Source of the DNA: an uncultured Tateyamaria sp.
GTDB lineage: Bacteria; Pseudomonadota; Alphaproteobacteria; Rhodobacterales; Rhodobacteraceae
Assembly (NCBI RefSeq): GCF_947503415.1
Contig: NZ_CANNDS010000006.1
Coordinates: 10,562-74,561 of the forward strand
Direction: 5' to 3'
DNA: 64,000 nt
Shown here: one piece after another, positions 12,632 to 26,055 of the stretch
Layout of the letters: the number at the start of each line of letters is the position of its first letter
How positions within the stretch are numbered: position 1 is the stretch's first letter
Translations under genes and position numbers: made by a program
Notes under the pieces: generated by a model
Databases searched by the model: none
What the model saw: only the letters and a program-made list of their open reading frames with translations
What the model was told of the DNA's origin: nothing

Positions 12632-13888
12632 TCATTCCCCCGGAACCAAGGTTGCATCATGGGTGTCTGCGGCCTGCATCACGCGGGCCGCAACAATGGC
12701 GGCGCACAGGAACAGCGCCGCCTCAAACGTGAAAACGGTGCCGTAAGCGGCCGCGTCTGGCAGGATCAGGCGGGTCAGATCGAGCATCCCCGTGGCCACC
12801 AACCCGGCCAGCCCGGCAGCAATCGCCTGCGCGGCACCAAAGACGCCCATCCGGGTGCCCGTGCTGCGCGCATGTGCAGCGGCCAGTTGCATCATCGATC
12901 CGACGGCGCCCACGACAAACAGGCCGTTGCCAAGCCCAAGCACCACGGTCGAGGGCACCAGTGGCATCATCAGACCAAGACCCAGAAGGCCAAGCGCAGA
13001 CAGGACACAGCCGGTGACAGCCCAGAACCGCAAGCTGCCGATCCGCAGATGCGACAGAACCCCGGCACCAATCATGCCCATCAAGGCTGCACCATCTTTG
13101 CCCCCAGACAGCTTGGTGCTGTCCTCGGGGCCAAGACCGTGGACGTGCCCGGCGAAGGGCTCAAAAATCAGTTCCGACAGGTAGAAGGCCAGAATGGAGA
13201 GAAATACGAAACCGGTGAACCGGCGCGCAATCGGGTCCGCCCATGTGCGGCGCAGGGCCTCGACCAAGGGCGTGTCGTCCGTCTCGACCTCAAACTCGGC
13301 ATGGCTTTCCACGCCAACGGTCGCAACAATGCACAACAGGAATGCGATCACGCAGACGGCACCCACAACCCACACAAGCCGGTCCGGGCTATAAGGCTCC
13401 AGTGCGATGCCAGTCCCGACAGAGGCAAAGATCGCGCCCGCAATCAGCAGTAACCACGCCAACGTGGCCCCTGCCCCTTTGCGCGGCCCCGTCACACAAG
13501 CCAGCAGCGCAAGGAACGATGTACCCGCAGCACCTATGCCCAACCCGATGGCCGCATAGGACAAGACCCAAACACTCAAGGCCAACGTCACGGACGTCTC
13601 AACCAGCAAAATGCCCCAGGCCGCGCCCAGAACACCAAGGGCGACAACGGCAATCCCACCAAGAATGAAGGGCGTCCGCCCCCCCTTGGCATCCGACCGA
13701 TGGCCCCAGACGGGCCGCGTCAGTTGCACACCATAGTGCAAGGCCACCAGCAATCCGGGCAACAGTGCGGGCAAGGCCAGCTCGACCGTCATCAGCCGGT
13801 TGAACAGGTTCACAGGCAGGGCCGCGAGGCCCCCAATGGCGGCATTCACCAGACACAAGCGCACCAACATGCCCCAGCCCGCAATCAT
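12632..13888 (-). CDS. pucC: PucC/LhaA-family (BCD/MFS-like) light-harvesting assembly protein
   Basis: 418 aa, 12-TM-like protein between bchG and bchP. It is a paralogue of the lhaA gene at 26052. Confidence 0.85.
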   Translation of the reverse strand: MIAGWGMLVRLCLVNAAIGGLAALPVNLFNRLMTVELALPALLPGLLVALHYGVQLTRPVWGHRSDAKGGRTPFILGGIAVVALGVLGAAWGILLVETSVTLALSVWVLSYAAIGLGIGAAGTSFLALLACVTGPRKGAGATLAWLLLIAGAIFASVGTGIALEPYSPDRLVWVVGAVCVIAFLLCIVATVGVESHAEFEVETDDTPLVEALRRTWADPIARRFTGFVFLSILAFYLSELIFEPFAGHVHGLGPEDSTKLSGGKDGAALMGMIGAGVLSHLRIGSLRFWAVTGCVLSALGLLGLGLMMPLVPSTVVLGLGNGLFVVGAVGSMMQLAAAHARSTGTRMGVFGAAQAIAAGLAGLVATGMLDLTRLILPDAAAYGTVFTFEAALFLCAAIVAARVMQAADTHDATLVPGE

Positions 13889-14784
13889 GACAGCCCCCTG
13901 AGTGCAAAGGCGGCAATCATCATGCCGGAGACGTAAAGCAGCACGCCCGTGCCGTTGTACCAGGGCGCCTTGGCCTTGGGATCACGGAACATGATGGTCA
14001 TGGCCCAGAACTGCACGAGCAAGACGAAGGCTACGCCTGCCGCATGAACGGGGCGGTCCCACAAGGCCAGCAACGCGACGACAACCACTTGCGGCACTGC
14101 CATCACCGCGCAAGCCACTTGGGCCGCGCGGCGCGGGCCAAGGGTCACGGGCAGAGAGTTCACACCCATCTGCCGGTCACCTTCCAATGCCTTGAAATCA
14201 TTGAGGGTCATAATGCCATGCGCGCCCAAACCGTAAAGCAGGGCGACGATCAAAACCTCGCCGCGCGGCGCACCCGCGCTCAACACGGCAGCGCCCGTGA
14301 TCCACGGCAATGTCTCGTAGCTCAGCCCCACCAACCCCGGGCCCCACCACCCCGACCGCTTCAAGCGCACAGGTTCGGCGGAATAGACCCACGCAGCCAG
14401 CACGCCCGCAATGGTCGCGGCAAAGCCCCACGGGCCAAGCTGCCAGCCGACGAACAGGGACAGGGCAGACATGGCCAAGGCAATCCACAAGCCCCATCGG
14501 CCGGGAATGCGGCCCGACGGGATCGGACGGTCAGGTTCGTTGATGGCATCCACATGGCGATCGCACCAATCGTTGGCGGCCTGGCTCATGCCGCACACAA
14601 TGGGACCGGCCAGCAGAATACCCAACAGCACCAGATACCACTGGCCTACCGGTGAGGCGCCCGACGAAATCACACCGCACACATAGGCCCACATCGGTGG
14701 GAACCACGTGATCGGTTTGATCAGGCGAAGCGCCGCAGCAGGGTCTGGAAATCGACGCGCAGGTAAGGAAGGACTGACATCCAT
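13885..14784 (-). CDS. bchG: bacteriochlorophyll synthase (UbiA prenyltransferase)
   Basis: 299 aa with the UbiA motif NDWCDRHVDAINEPDRPIPSG. Confidence 0.92.
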   Translation of the reverse strand: MDVSPSLPARRFPDPAAALRLIKPITWFPPMWAYVCGVISSGASPVGQWYLVLLGILLAGPIVCGMSQAANDWCDRHVDAINEPDRPIPSGRIPGRWGLWIALAMSALSLFVGWQLGPWGFAATIAGVLAAWVYSAEPVRLKRSGWWGPGLVGLSYETLPWITGAAVLSAGAPRGEVLIVALLYGLGAHGIMTLNDFKALEGDRQMGVNSLPVTLGPRRAAQVACAVMAVPQVVVVALLALWDRPVHAAGVAFVLLVQFWAMTIMFRDPKAKAPWYNGTGVLLYVSGMMIAAFALRGLS

Positions 14785-14785
14785 G

Positions 14786-14803
14786 TGTCAACTATGGCTG
14801 ACA
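14786..14803. promoter_or_regulatory. TGT-N12-ACA palindrome (PpsR/CrtJ-type operator)
   Basis: TGTCAACTATGGCTGACA lies 2 nt upstream of the bchG start codon. Confidence 0.6.
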
Positions 14804-14832
14804 CTTTGAGTCGGCGCAAGGTTGACAGTTGC

Positions 14833-16257
14833 TTAACCGTTCTTGCTCAGCAGCCCATACTTGCGCAGCTTCACATAAAGCGATTGGCGGGACAGGCCCA
14901 GCATCTCGGCCGCCGCGACGCGGTTGTTGCGGGTCAGGTTCACGGCCGTCTCGATACACATCTTTTCAACGACATCGGTGGTTTCGGCCACGATCTCTTT
15001 CAATGACGCCGACCCGACAAGATCCATCACGTTGCGCCCGGGTTCCGGCATGTTGCCGCCGGTATTGCCGCTTTCGGCTTTGCGCACGGCCTCCATCCGG
15101 CTGACATCACGAATGATCAGCGCAACGGCAGGGTTCTTGGCGTCTTCAAGGGCGGTGGCTGACACTTCGACCGGCACACGTGCGCCCAGATCATTCACGA
15201 GGCGGGTGGCGTACACCCGCATCTGCCCGCTACGGGCCGCATTTTCCAACAAGACACCCAAATCGATCTGACCGCGGGCCAGATACTCGGCAAGGGACTG
15301 ACCCACCACGTCCGAAAGATGCGTGGTCCCGACCATATCCAGGAAGGCATCGTTGACAGACAGCGTCGTGCCGCGCGGGTCCATAAAGACGATCCCGTCG
15401 GTCGTGCCCCGAAACAGCGATGCCGCATGATTGGCGGCACTGTCCGTTTGACCTGCGATGGCATGTTCGCCCAGCAACCGGCACATCAGAACACGCTGAC
15501 CGGCGGCCCGGAACAGCACGGGATGCAAATCAACGCTTTGCCGGGTGCGCGCCGTCCGCACAGAGATGGCTTGCCCATCATCGGTCAGCGTCGCGTTCAT
15601 CAGGCTTTCGGTCAATTCGGCACCCGACCGGTCCGAGAACAGGCTGGCAAAGCTCGCGCCCATCAAGGCTTCGGGCTTCAGCCCCAGCAATTCGGCAGCT
15701 TGGCCGTTGGCATCTTCGATCCGCCCCGTCTGGACAGAGACAAAGACAACGGCGTCGTCCACGTTGGACATGACAACGCGGTACCGTGCATCGAATTCAC
15801 GGCGGGCTTCATATCCCTGCTCAAGCGCAATCTGCGCCTGCACAAGCTGTTGCTGCGTTTCAGCGATGGGGCGCAGGTCACGGCCCAAAAGCAAAACGGC
15901 ATTCTCTTGCCCAAAGCGGTGGAACGTATAGCGCACGGGATACTGCCAGACCGCATTGTCGGAATGGTTCAGCTCAAGCGGCTTTCTCGGGGGATGCCCG
16001 GACATATAGGCGTCATGAGCGTGCTGGAATTTCTCGATGCTCTCGTCAGTCAGAAACTCGACAACAGGGCGCCCTTCCCAATGATTGAGATTGCCAAAGC
16101 TGTCATCCTGCCGGTTCAGCAAAACGGACAGGATCGTACCCTCGGCAGAGACAACCAGCGCGATGTCAGAGGCCGCAGCAATAATGCTGCTCAAGAACTC
16201 CGGCGCTATGAGCGGGACAGAACCACTTGTCCAGAAACTGCTTCCATCTGTTGTCAT
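14833..16257 (-). CDS. ppsR: photosynthesis repressor PpsR/CrtJ
   Basis: 474 aa with PAS-like repeats and a C-terminal Fis-type HTH (AAAEMLGLSRQSLYVKLRKYGL). It is coupled to ppaA. Confidence 0.9.
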   Translation of the reverse strand: MTTDGSSFWTSGSVPLIAPEFLSSIIAAASDIALVVSAEGTILSVLLNRQDDSFGNLNHWEGRPVVEFLTDESIEKFQHAHDAYMSGHPPRKPLELNHSDNAVWQYPVRYTFHRFGQENAVLLLGRDLRPIAETQQQLVQAQIALEQGYEARREFDARYRVVMSNVDDAVVFVSVQTGRIEDANGQAAELLGLKPEALMGASFASLFSDRSGAELTESLMNATLTDDGQAISVRTARTRQSVDLHPVLFRAAGQRVLMCRLLGEHAIAGQTDSAANHAASLFRGTTDGIVFMDPRGTTLSVNDAFLDMVGTTHLSDVVGQSLAEYLARGQIDLGVLLENAARSGQMRVYATRLVNDLGARVPVEVSATALEDAKNPAVALIIRDVSRMEAVRKAESGNTGGNMPEPGRNVMDLVGSASLKEIVAETTDVVEKMCIETAVNLTRNNRVAAAEMLGLSRQSLYVKLRKYGLLSKNG

Positions 16258-17036
16258 CTAAGGCCCAACGCCTTTTTACGCTTCGTTGTGAAGCCGACAA
16301 CATCCTTCGCTGTATTGGTCACCAGATCTACGCCTGCTTGTTCTCTTACGCCGTCAGTGATCCCTGAGAGGGCACCCCCGATCGCAAGAACGGGAACCTG
16401 ATCACACATTTGTCTGATCTTTTTAACGGTTCCACATATGGTTTCAAGGCCTGCCGCTCGTGCACACGAGAACAGGATCATATCGGGGCGATCACATTCG
16501 ACACGCCCCAAAAGCTGTTTGGATGTCTCATTGATCGACAGGCTCACGTCACATCCCAACCGACGCAGCTGTGCCGCAACGACGCTGGCACCCAGAAAAT
16601 GCTGTTCGGCTTCGGGCACCACGACCAGCGCATGCAACACATTGCTCATGTCCACATGTTCGTGGGTCAGCCCATGCGCGGCCTCACCCAGCAGGGCCTG
16701 CAACCGCAAGGCCCCGATCGTGACACCGGCAAAGTCCAGATCCGACGTCATCCACATCTCACCCAGATGCTCAGCTGCCTTGGGAATATAGAGATCGATC
16801 AACGCGTCATTGGTCAGGCGGTACGCTGCAACTTCCTCCAGCACGAGGGCCGCGTCAAAGCTGACACGGGTTCCCACAGCGCGCACAAGGTAGTCGACGG
16901 CAATCTGCCGGGCACCGGATGGGCCGACAACCTGCCGGTCCTTCAAAATGGAAATCACCTCGGTCGCAAGCGACTCGTGATCCGCCATTCGCCCTGACGG
17001 GCGTCGGGATGTGCCAAATGGGTCGTCCTGCGTCAT
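16254..17036 (-). CDS. ppaA: B12-binding antirepressor PpaA/AerR
   Basis: 260 aa with a cobalamin-binding-domain-like C-terminus. It is divergent from bchF, the canonical position. Confidence 0.8.
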   Translation of the reverse strand: MTQDDPFGTSRRPSGRMADHESLATEVISILKDRQVVGPSGARQIAVDYLVRAVGTRVSFDAALVLEEVAAYRLTNDALIDLYIPKAAEHLGEMWMTSDLDFAGVTIGALRLQALLGEAAHGLTHEHVDMSNVLHALVVVPEAEQHFLGASVVAAQLRRLGCDVSLSINETSKQLLGRVECDRPDMILFSCARAAGLETICGTVKKIRQMCDQVPVLAIGGALSGITDGVREQAGVDLVTNTAKDVVGFTTKRKKALGLR

Positions 17037-17125
17037 GGATTACCTCGATCCGTGCAAACGCATTGAACGGTTCTGGCGCGACAGAGCCGTGGAAGTGGCA
17101 AAAGTGTCTGCCCGAACACCCCTGA

Positions 17126-17143
17126 TGTCAACTCACTTTGACA
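17126..17143. promoter_or_regulatory. TGT-N12-ACA (PpsR-type) operator, ppaA/bchF divergent region
   Basis: TGTCAACTCACTTTGACA. Confidence 0.7.
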
Positions 17144-17268
17144 TGTCACATACTGTAATGAACGGCTATTCGATCTGCGTCCGGAGCTTATCCTTCAAAA
17201 ACAATCGATTGCCCGTACCGCCGGAAACAAAACGTCGCAGGATCAATGACTCGGCGTCCCGCAAAAAG

Positions 17269-17286
17269 TGTAACTTATAATTGACA
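17269..17286. promoter_or_regulatory. TGT-N12-ACA (PpsR-type) operator, bchF-proximal
   Basis: TGTAACTTATAATTGACA. It overlaps the TTG start at 17281 proposed by the ORF track, which argues for the downstream ATG as the bchF start. Confidence 0.7.
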
Positions 17287-17343
17287 CTTTTCCCTCTCAC
17301 CCGATACGCTGAACCGGTACCGCTACGGGAGAGGCGCACTCAA

Positions 17344-19127
<1,784 letters not shown>

Positions 19128-19182
19128 AAATCCCCTTCATCTTGCCAAGTAAACTCCGGGGTCTGGGGCAGAGCCCCAGCGG
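19128..19182. repeat. REP-like intercistronic repeat (family copy a, reverse orientation)
   Basis: aaatccccttcatcttgccaagtaaactccggggtctggggcagagccccagcgg. Its reverse complement aligns with the copies at 20515, 24305 and 58394 (GGGG(C)-loop-(G)CCCC hairpin + CCCCGG(G)A.TTT..GGCAAGA.GAAG). Confidence 0.7.
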
Positions 19183-19188
19183 TCGACC

Positions 19189-20736
19189 ATGAAGCTCACC
19201 GTCTGGACATATGAGGGCCCGCCCCATGTCGGCGCCATGCGCGTCGCCACCGGCATGACGGATTTGCACTATGTCCTGCATGCGCCCCAAGGGGACACTT
19301 ACGCAGACCTGCTCTTCACAATGATCGAACGGCGTGACCACCGTCCGCCCGTCACCTACACAACATTCCAGGCCCGCGACCTGGGTGCGGACACCGCCAA
19401 CCTGTTCAAACAGGCGGCCCAAGACGCCTATGACCGGTTCAAGCCGCAAGCGATCATCGTCGGTGCGTCCTGCACCGCCGAGCTGATCCAGGACGATCCC
19501 GGCGGCATGGCCGAAACCATGGGCCTGCCCGTCCCCACCATCCCGCTTGAACTGCCCAGCTACCAGCGCAAGGAAAACTTCGGCGCAGATGAGACGTTCT
19601 TCCAGATCGTCAAAACCCTCGCCAAGCCGATGGAGCGGACCAAGCAGATCACGGCCAACCTGATCGGTCCCACGGCGCTTGGCTTCCGTCACCGCGATGA
19701 CATTCAGGAAGTCACGGCGCTCCTGTCGGACATGGGGATCAGCGTGAATGTCGTGGCGCCCATGACCTCATCGCCCGCCGACATCGCCCTCATGGGGGCC
19801 GCCCATTTTAACGTGCTGATGTATCCCGAAACCGCCGAGTCCGCAGCGCGCTGGATGGAGCGGGAACTTGGACAATCTTATACTAAGATTGTGCCCATCG
19901 GCGTCGGCGCGACCCGTGATTTCGTGAACGAAGTCGCCGAGATGACGGGCGTTGCGCCCTATCTCGACACCTCCCGCCTCCGCCTGCCTTGGTACTCCAA
20001 GTCGGTCGACAGCACCTATCTCACCGGCAAACGCGTCTTCCTCTTCGGTGACGGCACCCACGTATTGGCCGCCGCCCGCGTGGCCCAAGACGAGATGGGC
20101 TTCGAAGTGGTTGGCATGGGCTGCTACAACCGTGAAATGGCCCGTCCCGTCCGCGCCAAGGCCAAGGAGATGGGGATCGAGGCCACGATCACCGATGACT
20201 ACCTCGAAGTCGAACGCACCATCGAGGCGCTGCAGCCTGAAATGATCCTCGGCACCCAGATGGAGCGCCATATCGGCAAGCGCCTGGGCATCCCCTGCGC
20301 CGTCATCTCTGCGCCCGTGCACGTGCAGGACTTCCCCGCCCGCTATTCCCCCCAGATGGGGATCGAGGGCGCCAACGTTATCTTCGACACATGGGTTCAT
20401 CCGCTGGTCATGGGGCTGGAAGAGCATCTTTTGCACATGTTCCGCGAGGATTTCGAATTTCATGATGCGGCTGGGCCTTCGCATCATGGGGGGCATTCCC
20501 CCTTGGCTGACGCTGGGGGGCCAGCCCCCCAGACCCCCCGGGATATTTCCAGCCAAGAGAAGATGCAGGGGGTAGATGTGATCTGGTTGCCTGCTGCTGA
20601 GAAGGAATTGAAGAAGATCCCTTTCTTTGTACGCGGCAAGGCCCGCCGCAACACAGAAGTGTTCGCCACCGAGCGTGGCGTTGCCGAGATTTCGGTCGAC
20701 ACACTCTACGAAGCCAAGGCCCATTATGCGCGATGA
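19189..20736 (+). CDS. bchB: light-independent protochlorophyllide reductase subunit B
   Basis: 515 aa, [23 protein letters not shown]...; the C-terminus is [15 protein letters not shown]. Confidence 0.95.
   Translation: MKLTVWTYEGPPHVGAMRVATGMTDLHYVLHAPQGDTYADLLFTMIERRDHRPPVTYTTFQARDLGADTANLFKQAAQDAYDRFKPQAIIVGASCTAELIQDDPGGMAETMGLPVPTIPLELPSYQRKENFGADETFFQIVKTLAKPMERTKQITANLIGPTALGFRHRDDIQEVTALLSDMGISVNVVAPMTSSPADIALMGAAHFNVLMYPETAESAARWMERELGQSYTKIVPIGVGATRDFVNEVAEMTGVAPYLDTSRLRLPWYSKSVDSTYLTGKRVFLFGDGTHVLAAARVAQDEMGFEVVGMGCYNREMARPVRAKAKEMGIEATITDDYLEVERTIEALQPEMILGTQMERHIGKRLGIPCAVISAPVHVQDFPARYSPQMGIEGANVIFDTWVHPLVMGLEEHLLHMFREDFEFHDAAGPSHHGGHSPLADAGGPAPQTPRDISSQEKMQGVDVIWLPAAEKELKKIPFFVRGKARRNTEVFATERGVAEISVDTLYEAKAHYAR
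20488..20572 (+). repeat. REP-like repeat copy embedded in frame in the bchB linker
   Basis: The core 20515-20572 (ggggggccagccccccagaccccccgggatatttccagccaagagaagatgcaggggg) is nearly identical by eye to the intergenic copy at 58394-58445. It is translated as ...[19 protein letters not shown]... Confidence 0.7.
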
Positions 20737-23700
20737 CAGTGGCATAAACGGGCGCATGCCCGGCTACCGCGTGGTCATCATCACGTTGGACAGCCATGCT
20801 GCTGGCCCCGCCCGACGCGCGATGGACGCATTGTCCAAAGACTACCCCGGCCTTGATCTGCAAATTCATGCCGCCGCCGAGTGGGGCGAGTCCCAAGCCG
20901 CGTTCGAGGCCGCGGAAGAGGCGGTGATGAACGGCGACATCATCATTTCGAACCTGCTGTTCCTCGAAGAACACGTGGCCCGCATTCTGCCCGCACTCAA
21001 AGCGCGCCGGGATCGCTGCGACGCCATGATCGGCGTTATCGCGGACGCTGAGGTGGTGAAACTGACCCGCATGGGTACGCTCGACATGCAGGCCCCGCCC
21101 TCGACTATGGGCAAGCTGATGAAGCGCTTGCGCGGGTCGTCCAAGCCCAAGACCGAAGACGGCGCAAAGAAGATGGCGATGCTGCGCCGTCTGCCCAAGA
21201 TCCTGAAGTTCATCCCCGGCAAGGCGCAGGACCTGCGGGCGTGGTTCATGGTCATGCAGTACTGGCTGGGTGGCTCGGACGACAATGTCCGCGCGATGAT
21301 TCAGTTCCTGCTGAACCGCTATGCCACCTCTGCCGATTGGGCGGAGCGGCCCGAGGCAGCGCTGCCCATCGACTATCCGGACACCGGACTTTACCATCCC
21401 GATCTGCCGCAGCGCATCACGACGCAAGCCGCCGACATCCCCGGTCCCAAAGGGGCCGAAATGACTGTGGGCATCGTCATGCTGCGTTCTTACGTGTTGG
21501 CGGGGGATACGGCCCATTACGACGGCGTCATTCGCGCGTTCGAAGCACGCGGCATGCGCGTTTTGCCCGCCTTTGCCGGAGGGCTTGATGCCCGCCCCGC
21601 CATCGACACCTATTTCAAGGGTCAGGTGGATACGCTGGTGTCTCTGACCGGGTTCAGCCTTGTTGGCGGCCCGGCGTACAATGACAACGAAGCGGCCATT
21701 GATGTTCTCGCTGACCTTGATGTCCCCTACCTCGCCGCGCATGCGCTTGAGTTCCAGACGCTGGGCCAATGGGCAAACAGTACGGGCGGTCTTGGCCCCA
21801 TTGAGACAACGATGCTTGTGGCCCTGCCCGAGTTGGATGGCGCCGCCTGCCCCACCGTGTTTGGCGGGCGGCTTGGCACCAACGGATGCGATGGGTGCAA
21901 TCACGGTTGTCAAGCGGGCGAACCCAAAGCCATGGTGCCCTGCCCCGAACGCATCGACAGCCTTGCCGAAAAGACCCTGCGCCTTGGCCGTCTGCGCCGG
22001 AAAGAGAACGCGCACAAGAAGATCGCCGTGGTTCTTTTTGGTTTCCCGCCCAATGCGGGGGCTGTCGGCACGGCCGCCTACCTTTCTGTTTTCGAAAGCC
22101 TTTTCAACACGTTGAAGGCGATGCACGCGCGCGGCTACACCGTCGACCTGCCCGACAGTGTCGACGCCCTGCGCGCGCAGATCCTGCATGGCAACGGCGC
22201 ACAATACGGGCAAGAGGCCAACGTCGCTGCCCATGTGGATGCCGACACCATTGTCCGCACCTCACCGCATCTGGCCGAGGTCGAAGCCGTCTGGGGCCCT
22301 GCCCCCGGTCGTCTCCAATCGGACGGTCGTGGCGTGTTTGTACTGGGCAAGGAACTGGGCAACGTCTTTGTCGGCGTCCAACCCGCTTTCGGGTACGAGG
22401 GCGATCCGATGCGCCTGCTGTTTGAACGCGGCTTTGCCCCGACCCACGCCTTCACCACCTTTTATCTCTGGCTCCGCAACACCTACAGGGCCGATGCGGT
22501 GCTGCATTTCGGCATGCACGGCGCGCTCGAATTCATGCCGGGCAAACAGGCGGGCATGGGGGCGCAGGACTGGCCCGACCGGCTGATCGGCGAGATGCCG
22601 AACATCTACCTCTATGCTGCCAACAACCCGTCCGAGGCATCGCTGGCCAAGCGCCGCTCGAACGCCGTGACGATCACGCACCTGACGCCGCCCTTGGCGC
22701 AATCCGGTCTCTATAAAGGGCTGGCAGAGTTGAAAGACTCCCTCTGTCGCTGGCGCGAGATGCAAAGTGACGACCCATCCCGGGCCGAACTGGAAGAGCT
22801 GATCGCGGAACAAGCGAGCGCCGTGGACATGGGCGGCACTCCTGCCGAAGCGCTCTGGCTCAAGCTTTTGGAGACCGAAGACGCGCTGATTCCTGACGGG
22901 CTGCACATCGTCGGCCAACCGCTGAGTGATGCCGCGCGCGAAGAATACCTGAACCTTATGCCCCACGCTGACAACGACGCGCGGGAACGGGTCGATGCGC
23001 TCTTGCAAAGCGAAACAGAACTCAGCGCCCTGATGACTGCGCTCGATGCACGCTACATCAAGCCGGTGCCCGGCGGCGATCTCATCCGGTCCACCGATAT
23101 CCTGCCCACGGGCCGCAACATCCACGCCTTTGATCCATTCCGCATGCCCACGGCCTTCGCCTGCCGCGACGGGATGAAACAGGCGCAACTGCTGCTCGAC
23201 ACGCACCCAACCCTGCCCCGCTCCATCGCGCTGGTATTATGGGGATCAGACAACATCAAATCCGATGGTGGCCCCATCGCCCAAGCCCTTGCGCTTATGG
23301 GCTGCACGCCGCGTTTCGACAGCTTTGGTCGTCTTGCCGGGGCTGACCTGATTCCACTGGCCGAACTTGGCCGCCCCCGCATCGACGTGATCATGACCCT
23401 CTCGGGCATCTTCCGTGACCTCCTGCCGCTACAAACCCGCATGTTGGCCGAAGCCGCCCTGAAATGCGCCGAAGCCGACGAGCCGCTGGAGCAAAACTAC
23501 ATCCGCGCCCACGCGCTGGCCTATGCAGAGGCTCAAGGTGTCGATCTGGCCACTGCAGCACTACGCGTATTTTCCAATGCCGAAGGGGCCTATGGATCGA
23601 ACGTGAATCAGCTGGTCGACAGTTCCGCCTTCGGAGACGAGGACGAATTGGCCGACGCCTACGAGAACCGCAAAAGCTTTGCCTATGGCGTTGATGGCAA

Positions 23701-24283
23701 ATCCGCCGCGAACCCCGCCCTGCTGCAAAAGGCGCTGGCGGATGTGGAAGTCGCCTATCAGAACCTTGAATCGGTCGAATTGGGCGTCACCACCGTCGAC
23801 CACTATTTCGACACGCTGGGCGGCATCGCCCGTGCGGTCAAACGCGCCCGCGGGTCGGATGCGGCGGTCTATATCGGCGACCAGACGCGAGGCAATGCCA
23901 AGGTCCGCACGCTCAAGGATCAGGTGGCGCTGGAAACCCGCAGCCGCGCCCTGAACCCCAAATTCTTCGAAGGGCTGCTGAAACACGGCGCCGAAGGCGT
24001 GCGCCAGATCGAGGCGCATGTGACGAATACCGTCGGCTGGTCCGCGACCACGGGTCAGGTGGACGAATGGGTGTACCAGCGCATCTCGGAAACCTTCGTG
24101 CTGGACGAAGAGATGCGCAAACGCATCGCCGATCTGAACCCCACCGCGTCGTCGCGCATGGCCAACCGCCTGCTGGAAGCCTCAGACCGCGACTACTGGG
24201 CACCGGATACCGACACGCTGGCCGCGCTGCAGGATGCGGCCGATGCCCTTGAGGACAAGCTCGAAGGGATCGCAGCCGAATGA
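20726..24283 (+). CDS. bchH: magnesium chelatase subunit H
   Basis: ORF 20627..24283 trimmed to [24 protein letters not shown]. An alternative ATG is at 20756. It overlaps the bchB end. Confidence 0.94.
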   Translation: MRDDSGINGRMPGYRVVIITLDSHAAGPARRAMDALSKDYPGLDLQIHAAAEWGESQAAFEAAEEAVMNGDIIISNLLFLEEHVARILPALKARRDRCDAMIGVIADAEVVKLTRMGTLDMQAPPSTMGKLMKRLRGSSKPKTEDGAKKMAMLRRLPKILKFIPGKAQDLRAWFMVMQYWLGGSDDNVRAMIQFLLNRYATSADWAERPEAALPIDYPDTGLYHPDLPQRITTQAADIPGPKGAEMTVGIVMLRSYVLAGDTAHYDGVIRAFEARGMRVLPAFAGGLDARPAIDTYFKGQVDTLVSLTGFSLVGGPAYNDNEAAIDVLADLDVPYLAAHALEFQTLGQWANSTGGLGPIETTMLVALPELDGAACPTVFGGRLGTNGCDGCNHGCQAGEPKAMVPCPERIDSLAEKTLRLGRLRRKENAHKKIAVVLFGFPPNAGAVGTAAYLSVFESLFNTLKAMHARGYTVDLPDSVDALRAQILHGNGAQYGQEANVAAHVDADTIVRTSPHLAEVEAVWGPAPGRLQSDGRGVFVLGKELGNVFVGVQPAFGYEGDPMRLLFERGFAPTHAFTTFYLWLRNTYRADAVLHFGMHGALEFMPGKQAGMGAQDWPDRLIGEMPNIYLYAANNPSEASLAKRRSNAVTITHLTPPLAQSGLYKGLAELKDSLCRWREMQSDDPSRAELEELIAEQASAVDMGGTPAEALWLKLLETEDALIPDGLHIVGQPLSDAAREEYLNLMPHADNDARERVDALLQSETELSALMTALDARYIKPVPGGDLIRSTDILPTGRNIHAFDPFRMPTAFACRDGMKQAQLLLDTHPTLPRSIALVLWGSDNIKSDGGPIAQALALMGCTPRFDSFGRLAGADLIPLAELGRPRIDVIMTLSGIFRDLLPLQTRMLAEAALKCAEADEPLEQNYIRAHALAYAEAQGVDLATAALRVFSNAEGAYGSNVNQLVDSSAFGDEDELADAYENRKSFAYGVDGKSAANPALLQKALADVEVAYQNLESVELGVTTVDHYFDTLGGIARAVKRARGSDAAVYIGDQTRGNAKVRTLKDQVALETRSRALNPKFFEGLLKHGAEGVRQIEAHVTNTVGWSATTGQVDEWVYQRISETFVLDEEMRKRIADLNPTASSRMANRLLEASDRDYWAPDTDTLAALQDAADALEDKLEGIAAE

Positions 24284-24304
24284 TCCGTATCACCAACACA
24301 TATC

Positions 24305-24359
24305 GCGGGAGCCTCCGGCGGGAGTTTTCTTGGCAAGATGAAGCAGGGGATTTTTCCCC
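24305..24359. repeat. REP-like intercistronic repeat (family copy c)
   Basis: gcgggagcctccggcgggagttttcttggcaagatgaagcaggggatttttcccc, in the bchH-bchL gap. Confidence 0.65.
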
Positions 24360-24365
24360 GTTTGA

Positions 24366-25277
<912 letters not shown>

Positions 25278-25374
25278 TGGCAACGTGCCCGCATAATCTG
25301 TACCGGGTGCCGCTCTCGGCGTTTGCCACCAAACGCCTGCCGCGCACGCGTTGCTCGACAAGGGAGCAACGGTG

Positions 25375-26055
25375 ATGCAATATGACCAAACCCGCGCCCG
25401 TGTCGAAACCTATTTCGACCGCACGGCGACCAAGACATGGGCGCGTCTGACCTCGGACGCGCCCGTGTCGCGCATTCGGGAAACCGTGCGCGCGGGTCGG
25501 GAGCGGATGCGCGATCTGATGCTGAGCCGCCTGCCTGACGACCTGCGCGGTGCGCGTATTCTGGACGCGGGCTGCGGCCCCGGCATGGCGACGATCGAGA
25601 TGGCCAAACGCGGTGCCACCGTCGTGGCCGCCGACATCTCGCCCCAACTGATCGACATCGCGCAACTGCGGCTGCCGCATGATCTGCAAAAACAAGTGGC
25701 ATTCCACGCGGGCGATATGCTCGACCCGAAACTCGGCACCTTCGATGCCGTTATCGCGATGGACAGCCTGATCTACTACACGGCTGCGGACATCGGCGAC
25801 GCGCTCGCCAAACTCGAACCCCGCGTCAGCGGCCCCATCATCTTTACCGTGGCCCCGCGCACACCGGCCCTCATGGCGATGTGGTACGCGGGCAAGGCGT
25901 TCCCCCGCTCCGACCGCTCCCCGGTCATGATCCCGCACGCGCACGCGAAACTGGCCAAGGCCGCCAAGACCGCAGGCGTCCGCCGCATGCTGCGCCCGGT
26001 CGACCGCATCAACAGCGGCTTCTACATCTCCGAAGCGATGGAGTTGCGGCCATGA
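25375..26055 (+). CDS. bchM: Mg-protoporphyrin IX methyltransferase
   Basis: ATG preceded by AGGGAG. It has YFDRTATKTWARLTS and the SAM motif ILDAGCGPG. Confidence 0.92.
   Translation: MQYDQTRARVETYFDRTATKTWARLTSDAPVSRIRETVRAGRERMRDLMLSRLPDDLRGARILDAGCGPGMATIEMAKRGATVVAADISPQLIDIAQLRLPHDLQKQVAFHAGDMLDPKLGTFDAVIAMDSLIYYTAADIGDALAKLEPRVSGPIIFTVAPRTPALMAMWYAGKAFPRSDRSPVMIPHAHAKLAKAAKTAGVRRMLRPVDRINSGFYISEAMELRP

Noticed and set aside
17281-17343. TTG start giving a 187-aa BchF
   Set aside because: That start lies inside a TGT-N12-ACA operator. The downstream ATG (17344) gives an N-terminus that looks like a more typical BchF start.
20408-22234. 608-aa minus-strand ORF
   Set aside because: It is antisense to bchB/bchH and has no motifs. 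Long antisense ORFs are expected at this GC content. The same reasoning applies to 23913..25361, 45917..47314, 54837..56426, 56712..58463, 29776..31338 and 48718..49413.
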